64,000 nt of DNA from Rhizophagus irregularis. Taxonomy: Eukaryota. Under the pieces are notes generated by a model. The model did no database searches, was not told the DNA's origin, and was given only the letters and a program-made list of their open reading frames with translations. Positions within the stretch are counted from its first letter, which is position 1; each line of letters starts with the position of its first letter. The stretch lies in assembly GCF_026210795.1 (NCBI RefSeq), contig NC_089433.1:2604001-2668000 (forward strand), given 5' to 3'. A program made the position numbers and the translations under genes. Below are positions 12,820 through 27,062 of the stretch, in pieces.

Positions 12820-14709
12820 TATAGCAGGCTTTCCGATTTTTGAATAATCACATGATGATCGCATATGTATTATTTTTAGTTTTTTATTTAATAAATTATC
12901 TGTTATGGCACCATAATAAATAACTAAAATTTACATTTTCTAGTAATTTTTAAATGACATAATACTGATATAATTGTTTGTATATAGATATGTATTTTAT
13001 TGGCTGGATATCGTATGTATCACACATGTGATAGCTGTACTAATTTATTTTAATTGTGACACAAAAATTTTAATAGCAAAGGACATAAAGATGTGATATG
13101 TAATTATTTTTAGAAGGTTGTAAGGTTGCAACTATTACAACATACATACAACACTTTTGTTGTAATTGCAATACAATATTATAATTATTATATAGTATTA
13201 TAATACTATTAAAATTGTAATTATTATATAGTGTTGTAATTATTTTTAATTATACAAATATGTATTATAATATATTAATTATTTTTTTTTATGATGATAT
13301 TTATTCTATAAAAACTTATTTTTGTAATTTTTATTTTTCAAAAAGAAAATTTTTGAATAATCATAAGTGTTGTAATATTACAACACTTTAACTTTAAAAG
13401 TAGTAATAGATTGCAACCCTTACTATTACAACATAAGGTAGTAATTATCAATTACATACTACATCTTTAAAAGGACAATAAAAAAAATTGATCTTTCAGG
13501 TCTTGTTTAAACATATTACAAAGGAATCTGGCTATTGGAGGTGAAATCCAGAAGTTATAAACACTTGAAACCTTCTTATAAAATGAAAATAAGTATAGTA
13601 CGTTTATATTATTTGACTTTACAAAGAATTTTTGACAAAAAATAGTTGAAATCAAATAAAGATATATTTTGACACTCCAGGTTCTTCTTAAGTGTAAGTT
13701 ATAAAGTTTTAAATAAGTTTAGTGTCAAAAAAATTCTTTATTAATAGAACTCCCTATCATTTAAAGGATCAGATAGGATTTTTAGAAATTTTTTTTCCTT
13801 TATTAATAAACTAATTATTTCTTTCTCTTTTTTAGGAGTTGACTTATGAATTTCATCAGTATATTCTGTTAAAAGCTTAAACAACATCCTTTAAATAAAG
13901 TGAAAGGAGTTTTATAACTACAATTATTGGTAAAAAATATAATTTAAATTTTGTGTCAGGTTTTGATTGTAATGATATTATCGTTAATTTATCAATATAC
14001 ACATATGCTAAATAAATAATTTTATATTCCTTTGAAAGGTGTAAATGAGCTCTAATTTTGAATCAAAAATCATGCAAATTGAATCATTAAATAAGGAGAT
14101 ATTTACGTTCAAATGCAAGAGTTTATGTTAAATTGATAGTAAATATGTTGAGCATATTTATTAAGGAACTAATGATTCAATAGATCTTATTCTTTCCTTT
14201 CAAATAAATATAAATTCATTTTTCTAGCATGCATATATGTTGAGTTATTTATGATTTTGCAACAGGAATTATAATGGATTTTTAATTTATATGGAAGGTA
14301 CATATTAGCATTTTTTGCTTCTGTTAAAATAAACCTTAAAATTTTTGAATTTATTTCAGATTTTAATAAAATTTTTTTTGCAAATATATTTTATTAATAT
14401 TTATTAGTTTGCAAGATTTAAAGTACGATTATTATGTGAGTTTTTAAATCTGCCAGTCATTTACATTAAAAAATTATGTAAAATGCATTAAATTAAAAGT
14501 TACTACTTGCAAAAATCGGTCAATAATAATTCAATTTGAATAAAACTTTGTATGATTAAAATTTAAAGTGCAATAAATTTATTTGCAATATTTGAGGTCA
14601 TATTAATATGTAGAATTTTATGCAATGTCTTGTAACAGCATTTTATATCATGTGATAAAATCAGAAAATGATTGGCAAATTAATGTGATAAATGAGAAAG
14701 CCTGCTATA
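12820..14709. mobile_element. Unclassified non-autonomous TIR element
   Basis: 14-bp inverted repeat tatagcaggctttc...gaaagcctgctata; TSD ambiguous (TA/TATA). Confidence 0.55.
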
Positions 14710-14800
14710 CTAGTATCATATGTAAAATATTTTTTGAATTTTCAAAAATTTTTAACTGAAATATTATTCTAATTAAAAAAAATAATATAAATATTATTAT

Positions 14801-15563
14801 CATATCGGCGGATTTGTTCACTTTTGCATAATGCTAAATTTTGAATGATTTTCATAATATCCGTCACCCAAAACCGGTTTGTAATGTCATGAAATCACCT
14901 GATTGAATATCACTTGACTAAATAATAAGTCGAGTGAAAATCTACATTTGCAAAACTTAAATTATTTAACGTAAAATAGACACAAAAAAACCCATTTCGT
15001 TAACAAAAAACCCATTTCTCACCTGCATAGTATTTTTAATGTGTATTATTAGAAAGTAAGTATGTTTTAATAAAACAAAAAGTAAAATAAAAATTTATAT
15101 AGACGCAATAGCTATGAATATTTATAAAAGTATTCTAAGACTCATTTAATATTTAAAAAATTTTTTTTTTATAATAACTTTCATAAAATTGTCCATTTTT
15201 TGCATTTTTCAAAACATATTATTAATTTTTATTTATCTTGCTGTAGACAAAATAGGAACTTTTATATTCAAACAAATTGTAAGCATATGTATTATTGATT
15301 TTTACACAAAAAAGATTTAGAAGCTATTGTATAAAGTGAGATTCCACAACAGATATTATCAGTATTGCTAAGAATAATATTTATTGTATTTTAGCTTAAA
15401 AGAACTATTTATCAAATTTATCAAATTATTGTATTAATAAAACCAAATAAAAATTTTTTTAATGTTCGTCCCAGGTCCTACTGCGCCATATGTAATAATT
15501 TGTGTAACAAAAGTACCTTAAAATAAACATGTTAATTAGAGGGTGAACAAATCCGCCGATATG
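14801..15563. mobile_element. Non-autonomous TIR element with 4-bp TSD
   Basis: Perfect 21-bp TIR catatcggcggatttgttcac; ttat on both flanks. Confidence 0.88.
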
Positions 15564-16145
15564 TTATATGTAAATTTATAAGTAGAACAAGTTTTCTTTA
15601 GATTATAAAGGCTATTATTTAGATAATTTTTGAGAAAAACAGGAAAGTTTAATTTTATAAGTAAATACAATTTTTTGTTTTAAAAAAGATTTTTTTTAGT
15701 TAAATTTTCAAAATTTTAGTATGATTAGTATCTATTCAGATTTATTTTGCATATTTATTATTTAAATTAAAATTTTTTTAAAAAAAATTTATGATGTGTT
15801 TTTTAACTTTAGCCAAAATTATAATTTTCAACTAGAATTAAATAGTGTAATGATGATTATTACTGGTGATATTGATATTTTTTTTAATAAATCAAATTTA
15901 TTACTCTTATAATAAGATAAAATGCTAGATATTTTGTTATCAAAATAATATATTTTATTTATTTCTTTATTTATTATAATATATATATGTACTACTATGT
16001 ATAATAAAAAATAAGTGTGCTTCTGATCCTGTTTATATATAAAACTAAAATTAAGTCAATTTTGGTCTTTAAAATGATCAAAATAATCAAAATAATTTTG
16101 ATTTAAACTTTTTAAAAGTTGAAATAATTAAAATTATATTAAAGT

Positions 16146-16389
16146 TAAGGTTGCTTGTCTGAACCACTTCAAAATCCTACGATTAGTTTCATCAAAATTT
16201 TACTATAGATTTATTATAGTTTCGGCAGAGTTTCGGCAGTTTTGGCATTTATAATAAGTTTCAGCAGTTTCGTCTTTCTCCAAAGTTTTGACAGTTTTTT
16301 AATATAACTTTAATATAGTTTCAGCAGAATTTCGCTTTTCGGCGAAACACCATCTTGCCTAAACCCCTAGGTTTTGACAAGCAACCTTA
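16146..16389 (-). mobile_element. hAT-type MITE, TAAGGTTGC family copy 2
   Basis: TIR taaggttgcttgtc; perfect TSD attaaagt; highly similar to 17661-17904. Confidence 0.93.
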
Positions 16390-17660
16390 ATTAAAGTTAT
16401 ATGATTTTTATATTAAAATTTATTATTAAACTTTAAAACTGATTATCTTATTATCTAATAGTTAAATTTTAATTTTAATACCATCCAATTCATCTTGCTG
16501 AAAGAGTTAAAGAGGATTTCAAAAAATAGATAAAAAAGTTTTATTTTGAATTTGCTTAATATATATTATAATAAATGTATATTAAATAAATATTTTTTTT
16601 ATGATTTTTTAATATAAAATAAATAAAAAAAACATTTTGCTCTTTTATTTTCAGAATTCTATTTAATATTTTTACAAAAAAAATAATTTAAAAAACAAAT
16701 TATTATTTAATAAAAGAAATTTAATAATTTCAATTTATGCAAATTATCACTAAAATTGGTTAATATTTCTTTTTACTGGATTATTGTAAAATTTAAAGTT
16801 ATTAAAGTTCTATGTTTTTAATTTTACTATAAAAGAATGTAAACTAATTTAAATTTTAAATGATTTATTTTTGAATTATTTTAATTAAAAATAAATTAAT
16901 TATAGTTTTTATTTAGTTTTTGAATTTTTATTTAATTTTAGTTTTTTTTTTTTGCAGCACATATGATAGATCTTTATTAAGATTTTTAAAAAAAATTTAT
17001 ACAATACATATAAAACTAATATAAATTCTAATTTAGCAAAGAACTACACTACCTGCTAACTTCGAGCAAGAACTATACGCGCACTACAGCGAAGAATTTA
17101 AGTAGTGTTCTGCACAAATTGATTCGTGATATAGTATGATCCTAATTGTTTCTGAATAATAAAAACATATTTTGTGAATAACTTTTAATCTAGCAGTCCA
17201 ATTTTGATGACCTTTTTTTATTTTGATTAGGCAATAAAACCTATCAATTAAAAAAAAGATCATCCACTAGATCCTGAGATAATAATTTTTGAAGGTTGAA
17301 TCGAGTCTGAATTGAATTGAATTTCAGAAGAGAAATTTGATTTATGTAGAACATTAGATTTAGGTTAGGGGAGTAAGTTCACCTTTTAGGTGTTCTTTCT
17401 TAAAGAGGTCTCATTTCTTTCAGTCTACACCATAAGTGTCTTCAAGGACTTACTGCTATTGCAGATGAAACTATTCAAACCAAATAGAAGTAAAGAGGCA
17501 ATAACAACATCAGCAAGTTTTAAAAGTGTTGCTTTACATAATTATAGTGCATCAGTAAGATTTTGGGTGGTGTATAATAGTGTTAATTAACACCAATTAA
17601 CACTAGTGTTGTTTAACGCCTTAAAAATGTAGAAAAACTAACCCTATAATAACCGACACT

Positions 17661-17904
17661 TAAGGTTGCTTGTCTAAACCTCCTCAAAATCCTACGATTA
17701 GTTTCGTCAAAATTTTACTATAGATTTATTATAGTTTCGGCAGAGTTTCAGCAGTTTCGGCATTTATAATAAGTTTCGGCAGTTTCGCCTTTCTCCAAAG
17801 TTTCGCCAGTTTTTTAATATAACTTTAATATAGTTTCGGCAGAATTTCACTTTTCGGCAAAACGCCATCTTGCCTAAACCCCTAGGTTTCGGCAAGCAAC
17901 CTTA
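17661..17904 (-). mobile_element. hAT-type MITE, TAAGGTTGC family copy 3
   Basis: TSD ccgacact/ctgacact; empty site visible in copy B at ~30047-30054. Confidence 0.95.
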
Positions 17905-18530
17905 CTGACACTATCAAAAAACGTGTATAAAAACGGTAGATTAATGTTAAACAATGCGTATCATGTGTTAGTTTATTTATATTGTACAATATAATTTTTT
18001 ATTAATAAACTCGATAAACAATGTGTATATTAACGCGAAAATAATGTATTGTTTTATTATTTTATTAACACTAATTCATTATATTACAAATTTGTATTAT
18101 TTAAATATTCTAATTTCTAATTAACTAAACTAATGTCTAATGTAAAAAAATCACCTAAAAAAAGAAAGTAACGTAAGCTTTCTTCGATAGCTGCGCCTAA
18201 AATCACAAATACGCGTAGAAAATATCTATGACCTTCAGTTTAACGAAGATCGCCTTCCATAATCCAAGTATAAGTTTTTACGTTCATCAATGATAAATTT
18301 GTATGCTGAATAGCTATACATTTTGCGTATCTCCAACAACTTTGTATCGCCCGGACATTTTTCCATCCACTTTAGTTCTCTATTCATTTTTTTCTCTTTA
18401 ACTCATTTCACACACTCCGAAATTGGTCCATTTTTGCTAAATCACTAAAACAAAAAATTTGAAAAATAAGTTTTGCAACGAAAGTTGTTGCGAAACCTGC
18501 CGTTCCTCAAAATCAAACATCAGACGGTAC

Positions 18531-19738
18531 CTATAAAATAAGAGAAAGGAAATGTTAGTAAAAATTTCCTAAAAAAATTCCGAAATGAATAAAACTTACC
18601 CATTACAAATTCCCAGTGATTTGTACTCCTGGAACCTAAAAGAATGAAAAGGAAACGTTAGAAAATGTTTCTATTACAAAAATATATACATGATAAGCTT
18701 CACAACATTTGCGAAACTTACCCATAATCATCCAGAATCCAAAACACTCCGAAGTCTAAATAAAAGAAAAAGAGGAAATGTTAGTAAACATTTCCTAATT
18801 AAAAAAATAAAAAAACAACGGTAGTTTCGTAACAAACGTACGAAACTTACCGTTTTCCGAATTTCTAAACTCCTATAACTGAACCTACAAAAAGAAATAA
18901 ACGTTTAGTTAGAACGTTCCTAATAAAAAATAAAAAAATATTAATTTTAAAAGTTTTGAAGCGAAATGCTTCGAAACTTACCATTTCGTTTTCCTCCAAA
19001 ATCGAATATGCCGAAGGTTCATTTTTCTCGTCACATCTTTTATTCCAAATATTTATTCTACATTGATCATAATAGAAATACCAAAGATCATCAATTAAAT
19101 TTTTAACTTCTATTTTCGATGAATCTTGCTAAATCTGTCTCTACAAAAAAAAATTATAGGAAACATTAATAACGTTTCCTAAAAAAATTAATTTAAAAAA
19201 GTTTCGAGGTGAACGCCTAGAAACTTACCCTTTCTTTTCCAAGTCAAATACGCCAAAAAGACCTAAAAAAAGAAAGATTAGGAAGCGTTAGAAACGTTTC
19301 CTAAAAAAAAAAAAATATTAAAAGTTTCAAGGCGAAACGTCTTGAAACTTACCATTTCATTTTCAAAATCAAATACGCAAAGTCTTACAAAAAAATTATA
19401 GGAAACGTTAGTTTCCTAAATTTTTTTAAAAAAAAATAAAATTAAAAAATGTTTTGAAGCCTTCGCTTCGAAACTTACCATTTGGAAAATGGGAGAACGA
19501 GAGAGAGCGAAAAATCAAGTAAATTTACCACTCAGTGACTTATTTTTAATTAACCTTTAGTGACTTAAAAAGTTTTTATATCACAAAAGTCGGTACAATT
19601 AATGATTTAAACTTGTACCTATGCCATGATTGGTGTAAAAGAAACATAAAGATAAGGGAAGGGGAAACGAAAGGGAGAAAAAAGAAATTTAAAAAAAAAA
19701 GTTTAAAAAAGTTTCGAAGCAAACGTTTCGAAACTTAC
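18531..19738 (-). repeat. Array of homologous micro-exon + hairpin-intron units (copy A)
   Basis: GTAAGT donors at 19738, 19478, 19352, 19228, 18981, 18850, 18721, 18599; CTAAC-type branch sites in most; T-rich AG acceptors; exons 31, 34, 159, 34, 34, 36 nt. Confidence 0.8.
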
Positions 19739-22700
19739 CATTTGGGAAATGGGAGAATGAAAAGGGAAGGGGATAACGAAAAGGGAAGGATAACGAAAGA
19801 GAAAGAGAAGGGGAGAACGAAAAGGGAAAGGGGAGAAAGGGCGAAAAAAAAAATTAAGCTTTGCTAAAAAAAGCTTAAATCTTTTTTTTCGCTATACCGC
19901 AGCACCGCAGCAGGCGCAGCGGTAGTTATTAATTTTATTATCACGTGATACACGTGATATGTAGATTTATATAAATAGGGGCTTTTCCCGAAATTTTTTT
20001 TATATTTTTTTCTAATGTATGTATATATATGCTTTATATATACATATATAATTAATATATATCTATTAACTTTAATACTTTACGAAAAAAGCCCCTCTAT
20101 AAATAGGTAGAGCATAAAGCCTATAGGAGAGCTATTGCGCTCCCTCCGCCTGTTTTATAGCGATAAAAAGAGGGAGTCTTCAGTAAGTAAGCGTTTGATG
20201 TGTATTTGTACACATTAATTATTAATATTGAACAACACAATAAACTACACCTAGTATTAAAAAATATGTATAATGTTAAAAAATACTAATAAAAATGAGT
20301 GTTTTTCTATACTAAATTGCAGTATAACAAACTTTGTATTTATATGTACTGCTTAATACCATTTAATATATGTTAAACTAAATTCTATGTTGAAAAATAT
20401 GTATACTGTTAATAAATGGCAATAACAACTAGTGTATTTTTATATTAAATTTTAATATTGCAACATTTTGTGTTTATTTACATTAATTAATGGCATTAAA
20501 CTATATTGTATATCATATTAAACTATACTTAACATCAAACAACATAAAAAAACTTGTATAATTATACGTATATAACAGCATTCAGTATTAATCATTACAG
20601 TATACAGTATTAAACAATAGGATATATCATATTAAACAACCCCTTAATGTTAATTAACACTATAATTATGTAAAGCAACACTTTTAAAACTTGCTGATGT
20701 GTTAATTAACATTAAGGAGTTGTTTAATACGATATATCCTATTGTTTAATACTGTATACTGTAATGATTAACACTAAATGCTGTTATATACGTATAATTT
20801 TACAAGTTTTTTTATGTTGTTTGATAACAAGTATAATTCAATATGATATGCAATGTAGTTTAATGCCATCAATCAATGTAAACAAACACAAAATGTTGTT
20901 TTATTAAAATTTAGTATAAAAATACACTAGCTGTTATTTCTATTTATTAATACTATACATATTTTTCAACACATAATATTGATAGTTTAACATATTGTTA
21001 AATGCCAATAAACAATGTATATAAATATGAAATTTGTTAACTGCAATTTAGTATGGAAATACACTCATTTTTATTAGTGTTTTTTAATATTATACATATT
21101 TTTTAATATTAGGTGTAATTTAATATGTATATTGTATTGTTTAATATTAATAATTAATGTGTATAAATACATATTAAACCTTATTACTGAAGACTCCATA
21201 CTTTTTATAAACACTGCAGGAAGGAGCAGCAATAGCTCCTATAGGTACTTTATGACCTCTACCTGTTTATAGAAAAGGGTTATAAAGTTAATAGATATAT
21301 ATACGTATATATAAGCACATATATACATCTATTAAAAATTAAAATTATAAAAAAAAAATTTTAAAGTTCGAGGAAAACCCTATTTATATATTTTTATATA
21401 TTCCGTATATCACGTGATACTTAACCGCAGCTTCAGCTGCTTTTGTTGCAGTATAGAGAAAAAAAAATTAAGCTTTTTATAGCAAAGCTTATTTTTTTTT
21501 CTCTTTCACGGCTTTTCTTTCCCCTTCCTTCACCCTTTCCCTTCTCCTTTTGTTCTCCCATTTTCCTTTTGTTTATTTATTTAAAAAATTCATTAAAAAA
21601 AATAATTCTTAATTATTATATACTATTATTTTATTTATTATGTTTTATTTAATTTTTTTATTTAATTCCCTTTTCGTTTTCCTATTTCGTTTCTCCTTTC
21701 CCATTCTTTTTCACTCTCCCCTTTTCCAAATGGTAAGTTTTGAAGTGAAAGTTTCAACACTTTTTTTTAAAAAATTTTTTTTTTAATTAAGAAACATTAC
21801 TAACATTTTTTTTTATATAGGACTAGGATTCACCTGTTAACTACGTTAACAGTTAATATTTAAAACTTAAAAACATATATAAAGTAAAATTTTAATTATA
21901 TATATATAATACCTGCGCCTTGCCATTTTAGTTTCACATACAGGTGGTTCTTGTTTTTGCGCTCCTTTATTCTCTTTTTTCGTTCTTTAACTTCGTTTTA
22001 ACTTTTTTTTTCTCTTAGGTCCAAGCACTTCAGCATTTTGGCTCTTCAGTTTTTGGCTCTTTGGTTCTAAGGTGCATCTTTTTTTCATTTTTTTTTGTTC
22101 GTTCTGACTATTCTTTCCTCTCAGACATGACGCACTTCAATAACAGATGGTTCAAATGCAAGTACATAAGGATAACGGGGAACTATAATGTAAAAAATTT
22201 CCAATTAATATAACTCATTTAACATCTCAAAAAAAGTAAGAAAAGCAAAATTATATAGTTTACCAAGGGATTTTATTTTTGTTTTTTATGTTTTGCTCAA
22301 TAGGTCCCAAACTTCGATATTTCAGTTTCAAGGTTCAGCTACTTTTTTTCATTTTTTTTTCTCTTTTTGTTTTTTTTTTCGTTCGTTATATTGTTCTAAC
22401 TCTTCTTTCCTCTTAGATTCCAGCTCTTCGGCATTTCGGCTCTTTGTTCTATTGTTCTAACTCTTCTTTTCTTTTAGGTCCTGGCTTTTTGGCAACTTCA
22501 GCACTTTAACATTTCGGTTCTGTTCTTTTTTTGTTCTTTAACTTTGTGCTAACTTCATTTCCTTGATAGGACCTGGTTCTTTGGCAATTTCGGCACTTTG
22601 GTATTTTGGTTCCATATAGATGGGTTCTTTTTTCGTTCCTTTGTTCTCTTTTTTTCTTTCTTTAACTTTGTTCTACATAACTTTTTTTTTTTTTGCTTCT

Positions 22701-24093
22701 TTTTTTTTTGCTTTTTTTTTAATTACGGTAATCGCGTATGAAGCGTGCCTATCATGTAAAAAATCAAGATTTATACTTTGCATTACACACTGCAGTTACA
22801 CAATTGTAAATTGTTATTTATGTGGTTAGTTTAAACGTAACGCCCACGTGATTGCAGTATTTTTAAATATTAGATTTTGGCTCGATTTCAGTTCAGAATA
22901 TTGAAAATGGTAAATTTCGATTCGCTTTGAAACTTAAAAATTATTTTTTTTTTTAGTTTAGGAAACTAATGTTTCCTATAATTTTTTTTTTAGAACTCAG
23001 CAGTATTTGATTTGAAAACTGAAATGGTAAGTTTTGAGGTGTTTACCTCAAAACTTTTAATTATTTTTTTTTTAATTTTTAGAAATGTTTCTAACGTTTC
23101 CTATATCTATTTTTTTAGGACTTTTGGCATTTTCAACTTGTGAAATGAAAGGGTAAGTTTCGAGAGCGTTCACCTCGAAACATTTTTAAAATTTTTTTAA
23201 TTTTTTTTAGGAAATTAAAGCTCTGAACGGTTCCGATTTGAACCGGGAACCGATCTGGAACTGGAAAAAAATTCGGTTCAGTTCTCAGTTCGGTTTTGGA
23301 CTTGGAACCGTCCGGTTTGGTTCGGTTCTATCTGAAATTAAGAAAAAATGCGAAAAAATGAATACACAACCATCCAGTGATCGTACAAGGACGAGCCATA
23401 GCTCGTTGGAATCATCTCATCGAGACGCGTCGAATGGTGGTAAAATCAAGTCTTTAGCATTAAGAAATTTGCATTAGAAAACGATCCATTGATGCTAGAG
23501 ACATGAATTTACCACCATTCAACGCATCTCGACGAGACGAATCTAATGAGCTATAATTCGTCTTTTTACAATTACTGGATGGTCGTGTATTCGTTTTTTC
23601 GCATTTTTTTTAAATTTTCGAACGTCAAAAATTAAAATTCCGATACAAGCGATTAAACGCCATCTATTGATCACACAAAGACGAATTTTAGCTCATTGGA
23701 TTCGTCTTTGTGCGATCAATCGATGGCGTTTAATCGCAGATCGAATTTTAATTTTTGACGTTCGAAAATTTAAAAAAAATGCGAAAAAACGAATACACGA
23801 CCATCCAGTAATTGCAAAAAGACGAATTATAGCTCATTAGATTCGTCTCGTTGAGATGCGTCGAATGGTGGTAAATTCATGTCTCTAGCATCAATGGATC
23901 GTTTTCTAATACAAATTTTTTAAGAAACACTCACCATGTTCTATCTCGTGATCTATCGATGCTAGAGACTTGATTTTACCACCATTCGACGCGTCTCGAT
24001 GAGAGGATTCCAACGAGCTATGGCTCGTCCTTGTACGATCACTGGATGGTCATGTATTCATTTTTTCGCATTTTTCTTAATTTCGGATGTAAC

Positions 24094-27062
24094 TAGAGGT
24101 GCAGCCTTATCCCTCCCCATGGGTTATAACATTGTGTCATGTGTCATATGACATGCGTCTGGATAACGCATGTTACAACTCGTGACGTTTGACATAATGC
24201 TAACCAATGCCGTAATTAATGACATTTGACGCAAAGTGTGACGTATGACGCATTGTATTTGACGTAACTTCGATAATAAATTGTATCTTATCTCTGCGAA
24301 AAATACTTTTTTATTAAAAAATTTTTTAAATGCATGCTTGTGGAGTACAATGCGTTATGCTGATCCCATTTTTATAATAAATCATAATAAATTTGATAAA
24401 CGCGAAATTTACTTCTTTCTTTTGTTTTACGTGTCACGACCTACAACTAATTATGACAGAAACAGTTAGAACTGATTTACAAAAATGCAGTAATGACACT
24501 TTATCCGAAACTCCTCTTTCACGAAAGAAAGCTAATAAAGGAGGCCCAAAATTTGATGAAGTATGGCAATATTTTACTCAAGGAGAAGAATTAAATCCAG
24601 GTCATTATAAAGCTACATGTTATCATTGCAAAGAGGAGTGGTCAAAGGGAAGGCCAGTAGCTTTAAAAGCTCACTTGGCAAATGAATGTTTGGCATGTCC
24701 TGAAGATATTAACAAATATTGGCGTGATAAACTTACTGAAAATACGGTGAATTACACCCGAAAGATGCATTTTTCACAAGATCAAACCCAAATTCCAAAG
24801 CCTCAGTACAAACAAACCAAAATTGTAAACCATTTTAGTTCAGATGAGCCACTTCCTCCTGAAATAAATAACCGTATTGATTGTTCTTTATTAAAGGCAT
24901 GGGTGATGGCAGGGATTCCTTTTGAAGTTGTTGAGAATCCCTTTGTTTTGGATTTATTTAAAAATTTAAATCCAGCATATATCCCTCCATCTCGAACTAC
25001 TTTGTCTGGTAGACTTTTAAATGAAGAAATTTCGCGTGTTAATAAAAAGGTTACATCTGAATTGGAGATAGCAGATAGTTTAACTTTAAGTAAGAAATTT
25101 TAATTTTTAAATTATGTTAATTATTAATTAGTTATTTTAATTTATTAATTCTCATCATTTATTTTATAATTAGCATTGGATGGTTGGACATCCAAACGAA
25201 ATGAATCACTTTACAATTATGTCATAACAACTTCCGATAGAAAAGAATATTTAGTTGCTTTACGCAATTATTCTATGGAATCACATACAGGAGAATTTCT
25301 TGCTTCAGAAATATCAGATATTGTAGAGAAAATTGGTTTAGACAAATTTACAGCTGATGTCACTGACAATGCTTCCAATTGTCGAGTTGCTAGAAGAATA
25401 ATAGAAGAAAAATATGGTCATATTTGGGATATACGATGTGCAGCTCATGCTATTAACTTGATAGCAGCTGATTTAGTAAAACTTAATGATATAAAGGAAT
25501 TTATCTCAAATTGTGGGATGATTACAGGGTTTTTTAATAACTCACATCAAGGTTCTGCAATTTTAGCTCAAGGTTTAAAAGATATGAAGATTAATATTGA
25601 GAGATTACAAATATGGTGTAAGACTAGATGGGGTTCATTGTATATGACAGCAGATTCAATTTTACGTGCGCGTCCTGTTTTTGACTGGGTGAGATAATTT
25701 TTTTGATTGTTTATTAATATTCTTTATTTTATATAATAATTCTAACAATTAAATACTATAGATTTTATTAGAACATAATGGTATTGTTACAAATTCAAAC
25801 GTTTATCTCTTAATTCAAGATGAAGAATTTTTTACAAATTGTCGTCATATTCGTTCAATTTGGGCTCCCATCAAGGAATGCATTAATATCCTTGAAGCAA
25901 AATCAGCTTCTTTAGCTGATTGTTTCGTGCAAATGATCAAATTAGCAATTGCTATATTTCGTCTCCCTTCATCAAATCCCTTTAAAGCTTCAGCAATTCA
26001 GATTTTTAATCATCGTTATCTTGAATTTCAGCATCCTGCTTACTTATTATGTTATTTTCTTCACCCTTATTATCGAGGTATTTACTATTTTTCAGTTAAT
26101 TATTAAAATCATTATTGCTAAAAATTATTTTGATTTTTTAGGTCTAGGACTTAATGATGAAGGATTTAGAAATGCAGCAATAACTGCCACAACTCTCTGG
26201 CAAAATTTAGGATATTCTGAACAAGAATGTAGAGAACTTCTTACTCAATTCCGAAAATATGATCAAAAACTTAAACCTTATGATTTATCTTATGATAAAA
26301 ATATGGATACACCCGAATTATGGTGGGGTTCTATAAGAAGTAAACCATATTATTTACGAGATCTTGCACTTCGTTTATTTGGTATTGCTGTTTCACAAGC
26401 AGGATGTGAACAAAATTTTTCTGTACTTAAATGGATTATTGGAGATAGACGCACAAGGCTTGATGTTCAAAAGCTCGAAGGTATTTCTAAAATTCGTTCT
26501 TATTACTTAGCAAGCATTAAAAATGAATTATCATATTATGGAAAGCATTTGGATGAAGCAGAATTAAGAGAAGTTGCCAATACCTCTGCAGTTGGTGAAA
26601 TTATTGCTTTAGATGATAATGATAATGATACTAATTATCTGCTATTAGAGGAAGATCAGGAAAGAGAAGGTACACAAGAACGTACTACTTTAATATTGGA
26701 GGACATTATTGATTTTACACAACCAATTTTTGAAAATGCAGAAAATGTGGATAATAATACTAATGAAGAAATCAATATAGATAGAAATATGGATTTTAGT
26801 CCTATTGATTTAGTTAACCAAATTTTAGAAAACTAATTTGTTAGTTATTAATTTGTTGTATTAAATTCAAATTTATTGAATAAACTCATAAATCATATGT
26901 CAAATTTGGCAATTTATTATATTTTAAGTTACGGCAATATGGTATGCGTCTTAAGTTATGGCATACGTCATTATGTCAAATTTACTCTTGAGTTACATGC
27001 ATTATACGTCTATGATGTGACTTAACTTAAGGTTACGTCACGTCATTAAGGCTGCACCTCTA
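24094..27062 (+). mobile_element. Autonomous-type hAT transposon (2969 bp)
   Basis: Perfect 16-bp TIR tagaggtgcagcctta; TSD gatgtaac/gatagaac; TGACG/TGACA subterminal repeats. Confidence 0.95.
24453..26836 (+). CDS. hAT transposase (BED finger, RNase H-like DDE core, dimerisation domain), 720 aa
   Basis: Exons 24453-25089, 25174-25688, 25762-26077, 26142-26836 join without stops; VWQYF..CYHC..HLANEC, TLDGWT, VTDNASN, RCAAH, TRWGS, SQAGCEQNFS. Confidence 0.92.

Larger units (their letters stand above)
17550..20699 (-). mobile_element. CATCAG-terminated non-autonomous element, inner copy A (2-bp TSD; possibly CMC/EnSpm-like)
   Basis: Termini catcagtaag...cttgctgatg; TG duplicated at 17548-17549/20700-20701; removal restores tatagTGttaattaac of copy B. 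Confidence 0.82.

Noticed and set aside
13121..13422. taaggttgcaa...ttgcaaccctta MITE-like segment
   Set aside because: No TSD and too degenerate to delimit.
12770..15900. MULE-TIR-like motifs at ~12770-12810 and ~15850-15900
   Set aside because: Similar to 1808-1840 but too eroded to define an element.
17030..17507. Possible continuation of the LINE remnant across element B
   Set aside because: No recognisable protein motif or junction continuity could be shown.
23238..23477. 79-aa ORF with SSLESSHRDASNGGK
   Set aside because: Read-through of the TIR and the 33-bp palindrome of a foldback element.
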